NCBI GenBank assembly: GCA_035455605.1
Contig: DATIER010000026.1
Coordinates: 1 to 37,281 of the forward strand
Source of the DNA: Gaiellaceae bacterium
GTDB lineage: Bacteria > Actinomycetota > Thermoleophilia > Gaiellales > Gaiellaceae
Direction: 5' to 3'
DNA: 37,281 nt
This document shows positions 7,977 to 15,534 of the stretch, one piece after another. The notes below the pieces were generated by a model. It was not told the origin of the DNA, did not search any database, and saw nothing but the letters and a program-made list of their open reading frames with translations. Position 1 is the first letter of the stretch. Each line of letters begins with the position of its first letter. The position numbers and the translations under genes are program-made.

Positions 7977-8546
7977 GTGCCGACGCTCTACACCGCCGAC
8001 CGCTGCCCGTACGCAGCCCGCGCGCGCATCACCCTCGCCGAGAAGGGGATCGCCTACGACGCGGTCGAGATCGACCTCGACGACCGGCCGGCGTGGATCT
8101 ACGAGAAGAACGAGCTCGGCCGCGTGCCGGTATGGGAGGAGGACGACGGCCTGCTCCTCCCCGAGTCCGACGTGATCATGGAGTACCTCGACGAGCGCTT
8201 CCCTGAGCCGGCGCTGTGGCCGGCCGACCCGGCCGAGCGGGCGCTCGGGCGGCTCTGGGTCGAGCGGTTCGACCGGCGGCTCGGGGACGCGTACTACGCG
8301 GCGCGCCGCGGTGACGGGCGCGAGGAGCTCGACACGCGCCTCGGCGACCTCGACCGCGCGCTCGAGGCGCAGCCCTGGCTCTCGGGCCGCGAGTACGGCC
8401 TCGCGGACATCGCGTACGTCCCGTGGATCCTGCGCGGCCTCGAGCGGTACGGGCTCGAGCTGGGGCCGTCGCTTGCGGACTGGCTCGCGCGCTGTTCCGC
8501 CCGTCCGGCGATCGCGCAGGAACGTGTGGTCGTGGCCGCGCTTTGA
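7977..8546 (+). CDS. glutathione S-transferase family protein
   Basis: LYTADRCPYAARARITLAEKGIAYDAVEIDL...GRVPVWEEDDGLLLPESDVIMEYLDERFP is the GST N-terminal thioredoxin-like fold. It is followed by a helical C-terminal domain. GTG start. Confidence 0.85.
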   Translation: MPTLYTADRCPYAARARITLAEKGIAYDAVEIDLDDRPAWIYEKNELGRVPVWEEDDGLLLPESDVIMEYLDERFPEPALWPADPAERALGRLWVERFDRRLGDAYYAARRGDGREELDTRLGDLDRALEAQPWLSGREYGLADIAYVPWILRGLERYGLELGPSLADWLARCSARPAIAQERVVVAAL

Positions 8547-8547
8547 T

Positions 8548-8711
8548 GAGCCTCTCCCGAGCCGAAGCGTTGTGCCGCCGGAGCGCGCTGTGTGACCCGT
8601 GGACGGCGTCCTCAGTCGCGCCCGTAGCCTCTGGCTACGCGCGCTCCCTGCGTCCTTGCCACGTGCCACCCATCGCGCTCCGGCAACGAAGCTTCAGCTC
8701 GGAAGAGGCTC
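8548..8711. other. 164-nt rod-like imperfect inverted repeat: candidate structured RNA or MITE-like element
   Basis: Arm 8548-8568 pairs with 8691-8711 at 19 of 21 positions. Then 8569-8571 pairs with 8685-8687, and 8577-8587 pairs with 8673-8683 at 11 of 11. Next come roughly 10-nt unpaired stretches on both sides, a 5-bp stem (8598-8602 with 8659-8663) and an internal hairpin at 8617-8643 (CGTAGCC-TCT-GGCTACG). The element fills the gap between the GST stop (8546) and the hydrolase GTG (8713) exactly. Confidence 0.55.
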
Positions 8712-8712
8712 T

Positions 8713-9399
8713 GTGAAAATCGTCCTGCTGCACGCGTTTCCGCTGGACGAGCGGATGTGGGAGCCGCAGCTCGAGCCGCTGGGCGAGCACGACCTCGCGG
8801 CGCCTCGTCTCTACGGCCGCGGCTCGACGATCGCCGAGATCGCGTCGTCCCTGTTCGACGAGCACGAGGGCGAGCTGGCGCTCGTCGGCGCGTCCTTCGG
8901 CGGCTACGTGGCGTTGGAGATGGCGCACCAGGAGCCTTCGCGGATCCGGGCGCTCGTCCTCGTCGGCGCGCGTGCGGATGCCGATACGCCCGAGCGGCGC
9001 GCGGCCCGGGCAGACACGATCGCGCTGATCGAGGACGGTGGCGCAGAGGCGCTCTGGGAGAAGCAGCGGCCGCTGCTGTTGCTCGAGGACGCTCCGGAGA
9101 CTGCCGTCGCGCACGCACGGCAGGAGGCGCTCGGCCGTTCGAGCGACGAGCTCGTGGCCGCCGTCGGCGCGCTGCGCGACCGCGCCGATCGCACGGACAC
9201 CTTGCGCGCCTTCGGCGGGCCGGTGCTGGTCGCGGTCGGCGAGGGCGACGGCTTCTTCCCGCCGGACGAGGCCCGGGCCCAGGCGCAGCTCGCGCGGCAC
9301 GGCCGGTTCCGCGAGTTCGCCGGCGCCGCGCACCTGCCGAGCCTCGAGCGGCCGGACGAGTTCAACGCGGCGCTGGCCCAGTTCCTCGGCGATGTCTGA
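8713..9399 (+). CDS. alpha/beta-fold hydrolase
   Basis: VKIVLLHAFPLDERMW... has the nucleophile elbow LVGASFGGYVAL (GxSxG) and a C-terminal His region GAAHLPSLERPDEF. GTG at 8713 is preceded by GGAAGAGG. I reject the 8599-8712 part of the ORF. Confidence 0.85.
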   Translation: MKIVLLHAFPLDERMWEPQLEPLGEHDLAAPRLYGRGSTIAEIASSLFDEHEGELALVGASFGGYVALEMAHQEPSRIRALVLVGARADADTPERRAARADTIALIEDGGAEALWEKQRPLLLLEDAPETAVAHARQEALGRSSDELVAAVGALRDRADRTDTLRAFGGPVLVAVGEGDGFFPPDEARAQAQLARHGRFREFAGAAHLPSLERPDEFNAALAQFLGDV

Positions 9400-10180
9400 G
9401 CTGCCGCCGCTCGTCGACGCGGCGTGGCTGCAGGAGCACCTCGGCGACGCGGACCTGCTCGTCGGCGACGTGCGCGGCCCGAACGCGCACCAGCGGGGAC
9501 ACCTGCCGGGGTCGATCCCGCTCGTGCTCGGCTCGCCGCCGCCGCTCGCGACGCGCGAGACGGTCGCGGCGTTCGCGACGGAGGTGCAGCGCCGGCTCGG
9601 CCGCCACGGCGTGACCGGCGAGGAGCGGCTCGTGCTCTACGACCGCGGCGACTGCGTCGGCGCCGCCTCCTCGGCGCAGGCGGCGCTCGCGGCCGGCCAC
9701 CCACGGGTCGGCGTCCTCGCCGGCGGCGTGGCGGCGTGGCCGGGCGAGCTCGAGCAGGGAGCGGCCGAGCTGCAGAAGACGAGGGTCAAGCTGGAGCCGC
9801 GGATCGACGCCGTTCCGACCTGGGAGGAGCTGCGCGACCGGCTCGGCGACGCGAGCCTGACGATCGTCGACGTCCGCAGCGAGGACGAGTACACCGGCCG
9901 CGGCGGCTATCCGTGCGATCCGCGCCAGGGCCACATCCCGGGCGCGCGGCTGCTGGAGGTCGAGCGCCTGTTCGCCGGCCCCGGCCGCCCGCACGAACCG
10001 TGGGGGATCCGCGAGCTGACGGGCCTGCCGGAGGGCGCGGAGATCGTGGCCTACTGCCACTCCGGCTCGCGCTCGGCGCTCGGCGCGCTCGCGCTCAGGT
10101 CGGCCGGCTACGACGCCCGCAACTACCCCGGCTCGTGGCACGAGTGGTCGCGCCACGACGACCTGCCGGCGGAACGCTGA
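9392..10180 (+). CDS. two-domain rhodanese (thiosulfate/3-mercaptopyruvate sulfurtransferase-like)
   Basis: There are two rhodanese modules. The active-site loop in the second is YCHSGSRSA. It also contains GHLPGS and GHIPGA. ATG at 9392 overlaps the upstream stop by 8 nt. Confidence 0.85.
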   Translation: MSELPPLVDAAWLQEHLGDADLLVGDVRGPNAHQRGHLPGSIPLVLGSPPPLATRETVAAFATEVQRRLGRHGVTGEERLVLYDRGDCVGAASSAQAALAAGHPRVGVLAGGVAAWPGELEQGAAELQKTRVKLEPRIDAVPTWEELRDRLGDASLTIVDVRSEDEYTGRGGYPCDPRQGHIPGARLLEVERLFAGPGRPHEPWGIRELTGLPEGAEIVAYCHSGSRSALGALALRSAGYDARNYPGSWHEWSRHDDLPAER

Positions 10181-10200
10181 GGGGCGCCCGCAGGCGCCCC
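10181..10200. terminator. bidirectional GC hairpin between convergent genes
   Basis: GGGGCGCC-CGCA-GGCGCCCC is a perfect 8-bp stem with a 4-nt loop. It starts 1 nt after the rhodanese stop and lies 14 nt from the convergent gene's stop. There is no U-tract. Confidence 0.55.
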
Positions 10201-10213
10201 TCGCTCGAGCGTT

Positions 10214-11302
10214 CTAGCGGTGCTTCCTGGGCTTCGGCTTGAGCACCTTGATCTGGTTGCTCGTGACCGCGGCGATGCGCTCCTCCCGGCACGGGATCGG
10301 CTGGCCGGACGGCGACGCCCCGCTGCAGTCGGTCGTGTAGTTCTCGAAGCGCGCCTGGAAGTACGTCGCGAACTTCACGTTCGGGCGCACGAACGTGAAG
10401 GTGCCGCGCGCCTTCAGCTTCGCGCTGCGCGCGACGCGCTTGCCCTTCCCGGCCGAGACCGCGTTCGGCGCGGGCTGCGGCTTCTTGCCGGCGTAGAGGT
10501 CGACGCGGATGCCGGCCGGGGAGACGCCTTGCACGAACAGCTTGCCGACGAGCGCGAAGCCGCGCTTGGCCTTCGCCCGCTTGAGCGTCAGCGTCGTCGG
10601 CAGGCCGACGTACGTCCGCGCCTCCTGCGTGCCCAGGGGGTTCGGCGTCGCGGTGCCGGGCGTGTACGGCGTGAAGTCGCTCGCCCACTCGTAGCCGCCC
10701 TTGGTGCCGGCGTTCGTGAAGACGTTCTTGATCGTGAAGTCGGCCGCCAGCAGCTGCGCGCCGAACTTCGCCCCGCCGGAGGCCTCGGGAACGTCGGGCG
10801 ACGGCAGGCAGACCTGCATCGTGACCAGCGGCCCCCTGCTGTCCACGAAGACGGGAATCGCGACCGTCTGTCCCTGAAGGCTCGTGTTCAGGACCCAGAT
10901 CGTGGTGTGGGTGGCCGTGCCGGTGCACTGCGTCGCCGCCAGCTGGATGGTCGGGTCGACCGGGTTTGCGACGAGGACGTTGCCGGACAGCGGCAGGATG
11001 CCGCCGCCGAGCGCCTTGGCCATCACGACGGCGGCCACGGATCCGATCTTCGTCCCCGGCGCGGCGGTGAGGGTCGCCTGGTAGCCGGGCGGCGAGAAGA
11101 TCGTCATCTTGGCCGTCGGATCGCCGGGGTTGTTCGGCGTCCCGATGGCGAGGAAGACGTCGGCGGTCGACGCCGCGCCGACCTTGTAGCTCGACTGCTC
11201 GATGATCAGTGACGGTGTGTAGGCGGCGAACGACGGCGCCGCGAATGCAAGCCCCGCGAAGCAGGCGCCCACCAGCAGCGCCAGGCGGAAAGACGTTCTC
11301 AT
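10214..11302 (-). CDS. secreted hypothetical protein (beta-rich, Lys/Arg-rich C-terminus), no family recognised
   Basis: ATG at 11302 is preceded by AAAGGGG. The signal peptide is MRTSFRLALLVGACFAGLAFAAPSFAA. The mature part is rich in Thr, Gly and Val. It has four Cys and a basic tail KVLKPKPRKHR. Confidence 0.75.
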   Translation of the reverse strand: MRTSFRLALLVGACFAGLAFAAPSFAAYTPSLIIEQSSYKVGAASTADVFLAIGTPNNPGDPTAKMTIFSPPGYQATLTAAPGTKIGSVAAVVMAKALGGGILPLSGNVLVANPVDPTIQLAATQCTGTATHTTIWVLNTSLQGQTVAIPVFVDSRGPLVTMQVCLPSPDVPEASGGAKFGAQLLAADFTIKNVFTNAGTKGGYEWASDFTPYTPGTATPNPLGTQEARTYVGLPTTLTLKRAKAKRGFALVGKLFVQGVSPAGIRVDLYAGKKPQPAPNAVSAGKGKRVARSAKLKARGTFTFVRPNVKFATYFQARFENYTTDCSGASPSGQPIPCREERIAAVTSNQIKVLKPKPRKHR

Positions 11303-11380
11303 GTTGTTGCCCCTTTGTTCTGGAGAGTCCCCTGGGTGACCCAGACTGAGACGAGTTCTCACCGGGATAGTTAACACCTG

Positions 11381-12589
11381 CTACCGCGCCTTGACCAGCG
11401 GCCCGAACAGGACCCACAGGCTCTTGCGGTAGCGGACCATGCGCGCCTTGGCGATCGGAAAGTAGTTCGTCGGCGTCGTCTGCACGAAGACGCCGGGAAG
11501 CAGGAATGGGTTCGTCCGCTCGTCCAGGTGTGTCATCGCCCTGCGCAGGCTCGCGCGGCTCGGGTTGCGCCCGGCGTGCTTGAGCGCGTCGACCATCGAG
11601 TAGGCGACGGTCATCCCGTACCAGTTGTAGACGTCGCTCGGCTTCCCGCCCGGGAAGTAGCGTTTCATGATCCGCTTGTAGAGCGCGACCGCCTTGTCCT
11701 TGCGCCACGCCGGCGAGGTCGGGTCCTTGACGAAGGCGACGCTGAGCGCGTTGTTCGTCTCCTTGCCGTTGGTCGCCGCGCGCGCGATGCCCATCACCGT
11801 CGGCTCGATCGAGACCGCGCTGACGAAGATCTGCGGGCGCCAGTTCAGCTTGTAGGCGTAGACGAACGACTGGATCGCCTGCTGCGGGAGCGCGAAGAGC
11901 ATGAAGGTGTCGGCCTTCGAGGCGCGCAGGCGTGCGATCTGCGAGTTGACGTCGGTGTCGGTCACCTCGTAGCTCTGCGTCGCGACGATCCGACCGGCCT
12001 TCTTGCCGAGCCCGCGCTTGAGCCCGTTCAGGAGGTCGGTGCCGTACGGGCTGTTCTCGTAGAGCACCGCGATCCGCGCCTTCGGCCGGTGCTGGACGAC
12101 GTAGCGGCCGTAGATCGCGCCCTCGCCCTCGAAGCTCGGCAGGTAGCCCATCGACCAGGGGTACTTCTTGTAGCCGCGGCCCATCGCGCTCACGCCGGTG
12201 CCGCCGAACACCTGCGGGACGCCGAGCGCGTTCAGGTACGCGCGGATGGCGAGGTTGTGCTCGGTCCCGACCGTGTTGAAGATCGCGAAGACCTTGTCCT
12301 GCTGGACGAGCTCGCGCGTCTGCTCGACCGTCTTGGCCGGGTCGTAGCCGTCGTCGCGGTAGAGGTACTTGATCTTGCGGCCGTTGACGCCACCGTGCGC
12401 GTTGACGTACTTGAAGTACGCGTTCGCGCCCGGGCCGACGGTGCCGAACGGCGAGGCCGGCCCGCTGAGGGGGACGGTGCCGCCGAGCAGGATCTGGGTC
12501 GCGCTGATGCCGGGGTCGCCCGCCGAGCCGCCGGCCGCCGGGAGCGCGAGCGCCGCTCCGGCGAGCAGGGCGAGGCCGAGCGCCTTCAC
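11381..12589 (-). CDS. ABC-type substrate-binding protein, LivK/Peripla_BP_6-like (branched-chain amino acid/amide type); orphan
   Basis: The signal peptide is VKALGLALLAGAALALPAAGG. It is followed by ILLGGTVPLSGPASPFG..., YFKYVNAHGGVNGRKIKYLYRDDGYDPAKTVEQTRELV and FAIFNTVGTEHN. The GTG start overlaps the upstream stop (GTGA at 12586-12589). The Arg-rich part of ORF 11381-13540 upstream of 12589 is rejected. Confidence 0.85.
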   Translation of the reverse strand: MKALGLALLAGAALALPAAGGSAGDPGISATQILLGGTVPLSGPASPFGTVGPGANAYFKYVNAHGGVNGRKIKYLYRDDGYDPAKTVEQTRELVQQDKVFAIFNTVGTEHNLAIRAYLNALGVPQVFGGTGVSAMGRGYKKYPWSMGYLPSFEGEGAIYGRYVVQHRPKARIAVLYENSPYGTDLLNGLKRGLGKKAGRIVATQSYEVTDTDVNSQIARLRASKADTFMLFALPQQAIQSFVYAYKLNWRPQIFVSAVSIEPTVMGIARAATNGKETNNALSVAFVKDPTSPAWRKDKAVALYKRIMKRYFPGGKPSDVYNWYGMTVAYSMVDALKHAGRNPSRASLRRAMTHLDERTNPFLLPGVFVQTTPTNYFPIAKARMVRYRKSLWVLFGPLVKAR

Positions 12590-13986
12590 CGCGACACCGG
12601 CGCGCGCAGGATCGGCAGCGTCAACTGTGCGTCGCCGACGGCGACTCGCGCCGTCCGCGGCATCGGCAGGTTCAGGTAGAGCAGGTTCCCTGAGTTCTGC
12701 GCGGTCGAGCTCGAGGCGAGCGTCAGGGTCAGGCGCGCGCCGCGCTTGATCAGGGTGGCGGTGTCGATCAGCCGGATCGTCAGCCGGCGCGTGCCCGTCA
12801 GCCCGGTCGTGTTGACGCCCCCCTCGCTCACGATCGTCTCCGAGCCCTTGCTCGCGGCGGAGAGCACGGCGACGAGCCTCGACCAGCCGCCGGAGAGCTT
12901 GACCTTCACGCGCACCGTCGCCGAGCCGAACGTCTCGGCACGACCGGTGAGCGGGCCGCTCGTCCGCTGCGCGCGACCCGCGCCGGCGAGGCGGTCGTCG
13001 CCCGGCAGCGGCACCGTCAGCGCACGCGTCGCCGGGAGCTTCGCGTAGGTCCGGACCTTTCCGCGCCAGGGGCTTGGCGCGAGCGAGAAGGGCGCGATCG
13101 CCGCCGAGCCGCCGTCGAGGTAGCGGGCGAACCACGCGAGCCCGAGCGACGTCATCTGGGCGAAGTCCGGGCCCGGAAAGGTCGACGGCGCGTGGCCGAA
13201 GTCGCCGACGTACAGCCGCTTCGGGCCCTTCAGCAGCGCGTAGCCCGCTTTCGCCTGCGAGATGTCGAAGGCGAAGTCGCGCCGGCCCTGGAACATGAAC
13301 ACGGGCGTCGTCACCTTCGAGAGCAGCGGCCGGCTCGAGCGCTCTGCGGCCCACGCCTTCAGCGCCTTGAGGTTCCGGCTCGCGAGCGCGTCGTCGCGGA
13401 TCGCGGTCACCGACGGGTCGAGCCGGTCGCTCGGCACCGAGCTGAGGAACTGGAAGACCGCTCCGGACTTGGCGAGGCCCTGTGGCGCCAGCGCGCTGTA
13501 GAGGTCGGTCCAGGTCTCGACCGTCTCGACCGCCTTCCACGGCACGCCCTGGACGAGCGAGCGCAGCACCGCGCCGCCGCCGAGCGAGATGCCCCAGGCG
13601 CCGATCCGCGTCCCGTCGATCTCCGGCCGCGCGGCGAGCTGGTCGTAGACCTCGCGCGCGTCCTGGATCTCGCGCGGCCCGTCGATCGAGACGAGGCCGC
13701 CGGACTGGCCGTGACCGCGCAGGTCGAAGGCGAGCACGGCGAAGCGGCTGTCGAAGCGCTGCGCGACCGCCGCCAGGTCCTGCCGCTTACCGCCGAGGCC
13801 GTGGAAGAGCACGATCGCCGGGAAGCCCGCGGGCGGCGGGGCGGCGTCCGGCTCGTACAGCGTCGCCGCGAGGTCGACGCCGTCGTCCATGTGCAGCGAC
13901 AGCTCCTGCGTCGATGCCGACGCACGGCCCGCGGCGGCGAGCGCAGCCAGTGCACAGCAGGCGATCAGGGCGACCCTCCGACCCAA
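12586..13986 (-). CDS. secreted alpha/beta-fold serine hydrolase (CocE/NonD S15- or S9-like peptidase/esterase) with a C-terminal beta-sandwich domain
   Basis: There is a signal peptide ALIACCALAALAAAGRASA. It is followed by DDGVDLAATLYEP...PAIVLFHGLGG. The nucleophile elbow is GAWGISLGG and the His region is YVGDFGHAP. A C-terminal non-catalytic domain of about 170 aa follows. TTG start at 13986. Confidence 0.8.
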   Translation of the reverse strand: MGRRVALIACCALAALAAAGRASASTQELSLHMDDGVDLAATLYEPDAAPPPAGFPAIVLFHGLGGKRQDLAAVAQRFDSRFAVLAFDLRGHGQSGGLVSIDGPREIQDAREVYDQLAARPEIDGTRIGAWGISLGGGAVLRSLVQGVPWKAVETVETWTDLYSALAPQGLAKSGAVFQFLSSVPSDRLDPSVTAIRDDALASRNLKALKAWAAERSSRPLLSKVTTPVFMFQGRRDFAFDISQAKAGYALLKGPKRLYVGDFGHAPSTFPGPDFAQMTSLGLAWFARYLDGGSAAIAPFSLAPSPWRGKVRTYAKLPATRALTVPLPGDDRLAGAGRAQRTSGPLTGRAETFGSATVRVKVKLSGGWSRLVAVLSAASKGSETIVSEGGVNTTGLTGTRRLTIRLIDTATLIKRGARLTLTLASSSTAQNSGNLLYLNLPMPRTARVAVGDAQLTLPILRAPVSR

Positions 13987-14005
13987 AGCCGGAACAGCCT
14001 ATCCC

Positions 14006-14011
14006 TAGAAT
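14006..14011 (+). promoter_or_regulatory. -10-like hexamer TAGAAT placed for a leaderless murI transcript
   Basis: TAGAAT (TAnnnT) ends 6 nt before the murI GTG at 14018. There is no Shine-Dalgarno sequence between them. The whole divergent intergenic region is only 31 bp. Confidence 0.4.
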
Positions 14012-14017
14012 CGGCCC

Positions 14018-14833
14018 GTGGATCCCCGGCCGGTCGGCGTGTTCGACTCGGGCGTGGGCGGGCTGACCGTCCTGCACGAGTGCCTGGTGACGATGCCGCA
14101 CGAGGACTTCGTCTACCTCGGCGACCACGCGCGGCTGCCGTACGGGCCGCGGCCGCTGGCGGAGATCCGGGGCTTCGCCCGCGAGATCGCCGCCTACCTC
14201 GCCGCCCAGGACGTGAAGCTCGTGCTCGTCGCGTGCAACTCGGCCACGGGCGCCGCGCTGCCGCAGCTGCAGGAGGAGCTCGAGGTGCCGGTCGTCGGTG
14301 TGATCACGCCCGAGGCGCACGCGGCGGTGCAGGCGACGCGCAACCGGCGGATCGGGCTGCTCGCGACCCAGGCGACGGTCGACGCCGGCCGCTACGCGGA
14401 GCTCGTGCACGCGCTCGACGCCGGCGCCGAGCTCGTCCCGGTCGCGTGCCCGCGGCTCGTGCCGCTGATCGAGAGCGACGACCCGTTCGCGGCCGAGACC
14501 ACCGAGGCCGTGCGCGAGTACGCCCGTCCGCTGAAGGACGCGGGCGTGGACACCGTGATCCTCGGCTGCACGCACTACCCGCTGATCCGCCCGATCTTCC
14601 AGCGCGTCTTCGGTCGCGGTGTCACGCTCGTCTTCTCGGCCGAGGAGACGGCGCGCGAGGTCGCCGAGACGCTCGCCCGCAAGGGGATTGAGAACGACGA
14701 GGGCCGCGAGGGCGCCTACCGCTTCCTCACCACGGGCCACCCGGCGGCGTTCCGCGCGCTCGGCGAGCGGTTCCTGCAGCTGCCGCTGGACGAGGTCGAG
14801 CACGTCGCCGTCTCGGATCTCGTGGCGGCATGA
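14018..14833 (+). CDS. murI: glutamate racemase
   Basis: It contains VFDSGVGGLTVL and the two catalytic-Cys motifs VACNSATGAAL and LGCTHYPL. Confidence 0.93.
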   Translation: MDPRPVGVFDSGVGGLTVLHECLVTMPHEDFVYLGDHARLPYGPRPLAEIRGFAREIAAYLAAQDVKLVLVACNSATGAALPQLQEELEVPVVGVITPEAHAAVQATRNRRIGLLATQATVDAGRYAELVHALDAGAELVPVACPRLVPLIESDDPFAAETTEAVREYARPLKDAGVDTVILGCTHYPLIRPIFQRVFGRGVTLVFSAEETAREVAETLARKGIENDEGREGAYRFLTTGHPAAFRALGERFLQLPLDEVEHVAVSDLVAA

Positions 14834-15534
14834 GGGAAGGCAGGCGTCATGACCAGCTGCGCCCGGTCGCGATCGAGCTCGACTACCTCGAGCAGCCGCT
14901 CGGCGCGGTGCTCTACTCGCAGGGCAAGACGAAGGTGCTGTGCACGGCGTCGCTCGACGAGGGCGTCCCGCGCTGGCTGCGGGACTCGGGCCGCGGCTGG
15001 CTGACAGCGGAGTACTCGCTGCTTCCGGCCTCGACCGGCGAGCGGACGCAGCGCGAGGCGAGCGCCGGCAAGCAGAAGGGGCGCACGGTCGAGATCCAGC
15101 GGCTGATCGGGCGCGCGATCCGATCCGTGCTCGACTTCGAGGCCCTCGGCGAGCGGACGCTCTGGCTCGACTGCGACGTGCTGCAGGCCGACGGCGGCAC
15201 GCGCTGCGCGGCGATCTCGGGCGCGTACGTCGCCGCGGCGCGCGCCCTCGGTAGAGCCGGGCTCTCGCGCGTGCTGCCGGACTCCGTCGCGGCCGTCTCG
15301 CTCGGGATCGTGGACGGTGAGCTGCTGCTCGACCTCGACTACGTGGAGGACTCGGGCGCCGAGGTCGACCTGAACGTCGTCATGACCGGCAGCGAGCGGC
15401 TGGTGGAGGTGCAGGCGACGGCCGAGCGCGCGCCGTTCGACCGCGACGCGCTGAACGAGCTGCTCGACCTCGCGGCGAAGGGCATCGCCGAGATCGCCGA
15501 GGCGCAGAAGGCCGCCCTCGATGCTGCTGCTTGA
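14830..15534 (+). CDS. rph: ribonuclease PH
   Basis: The sequence reads RRHDQLRPVAIELDYLEQPLGAVLYSQGKTKVLCTAS...GWLTAEYSLLPASTGERTQRE...DCDVLQADGGTRCAAISGAYVA. ATGA overlap with murI. Confidence 0.93.
   Translation: MREGRRHDQLRPVAIELDYLEQPLGAVLYSQGKTKVLCTASLDEGVPRWLRDSGRGWLTAEYSLLPASTGERTQREASAGKQKGRTVEIQRLIGRAIRSVLDFEALGERTLWLDCDVLQADGGTRCAAISGAYVAAARALGRAGLSRVLPDSVAAVSLGIVDGELLLDLDYVEDSGAEVDLNVVMTGSERLVEVQATAERAPFDRDALNELLDLAAKGIAEIAEAQKAALDAAA

Noticed and set aside
8423-8716. A 97-aa plus-strand ORF, together with 8311-8595 and the minus-strand ORFs 8612-9118 and 8635-9333. These cover the 164-nt inverted-repeat element.
   Set aside because: They overlap the well-supported GST and hydrolase genes in other frames and have Arg/Ala/Ser-rich, low-information sequences. 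The symmetry of the element is explained better at the nucleic-acid level.
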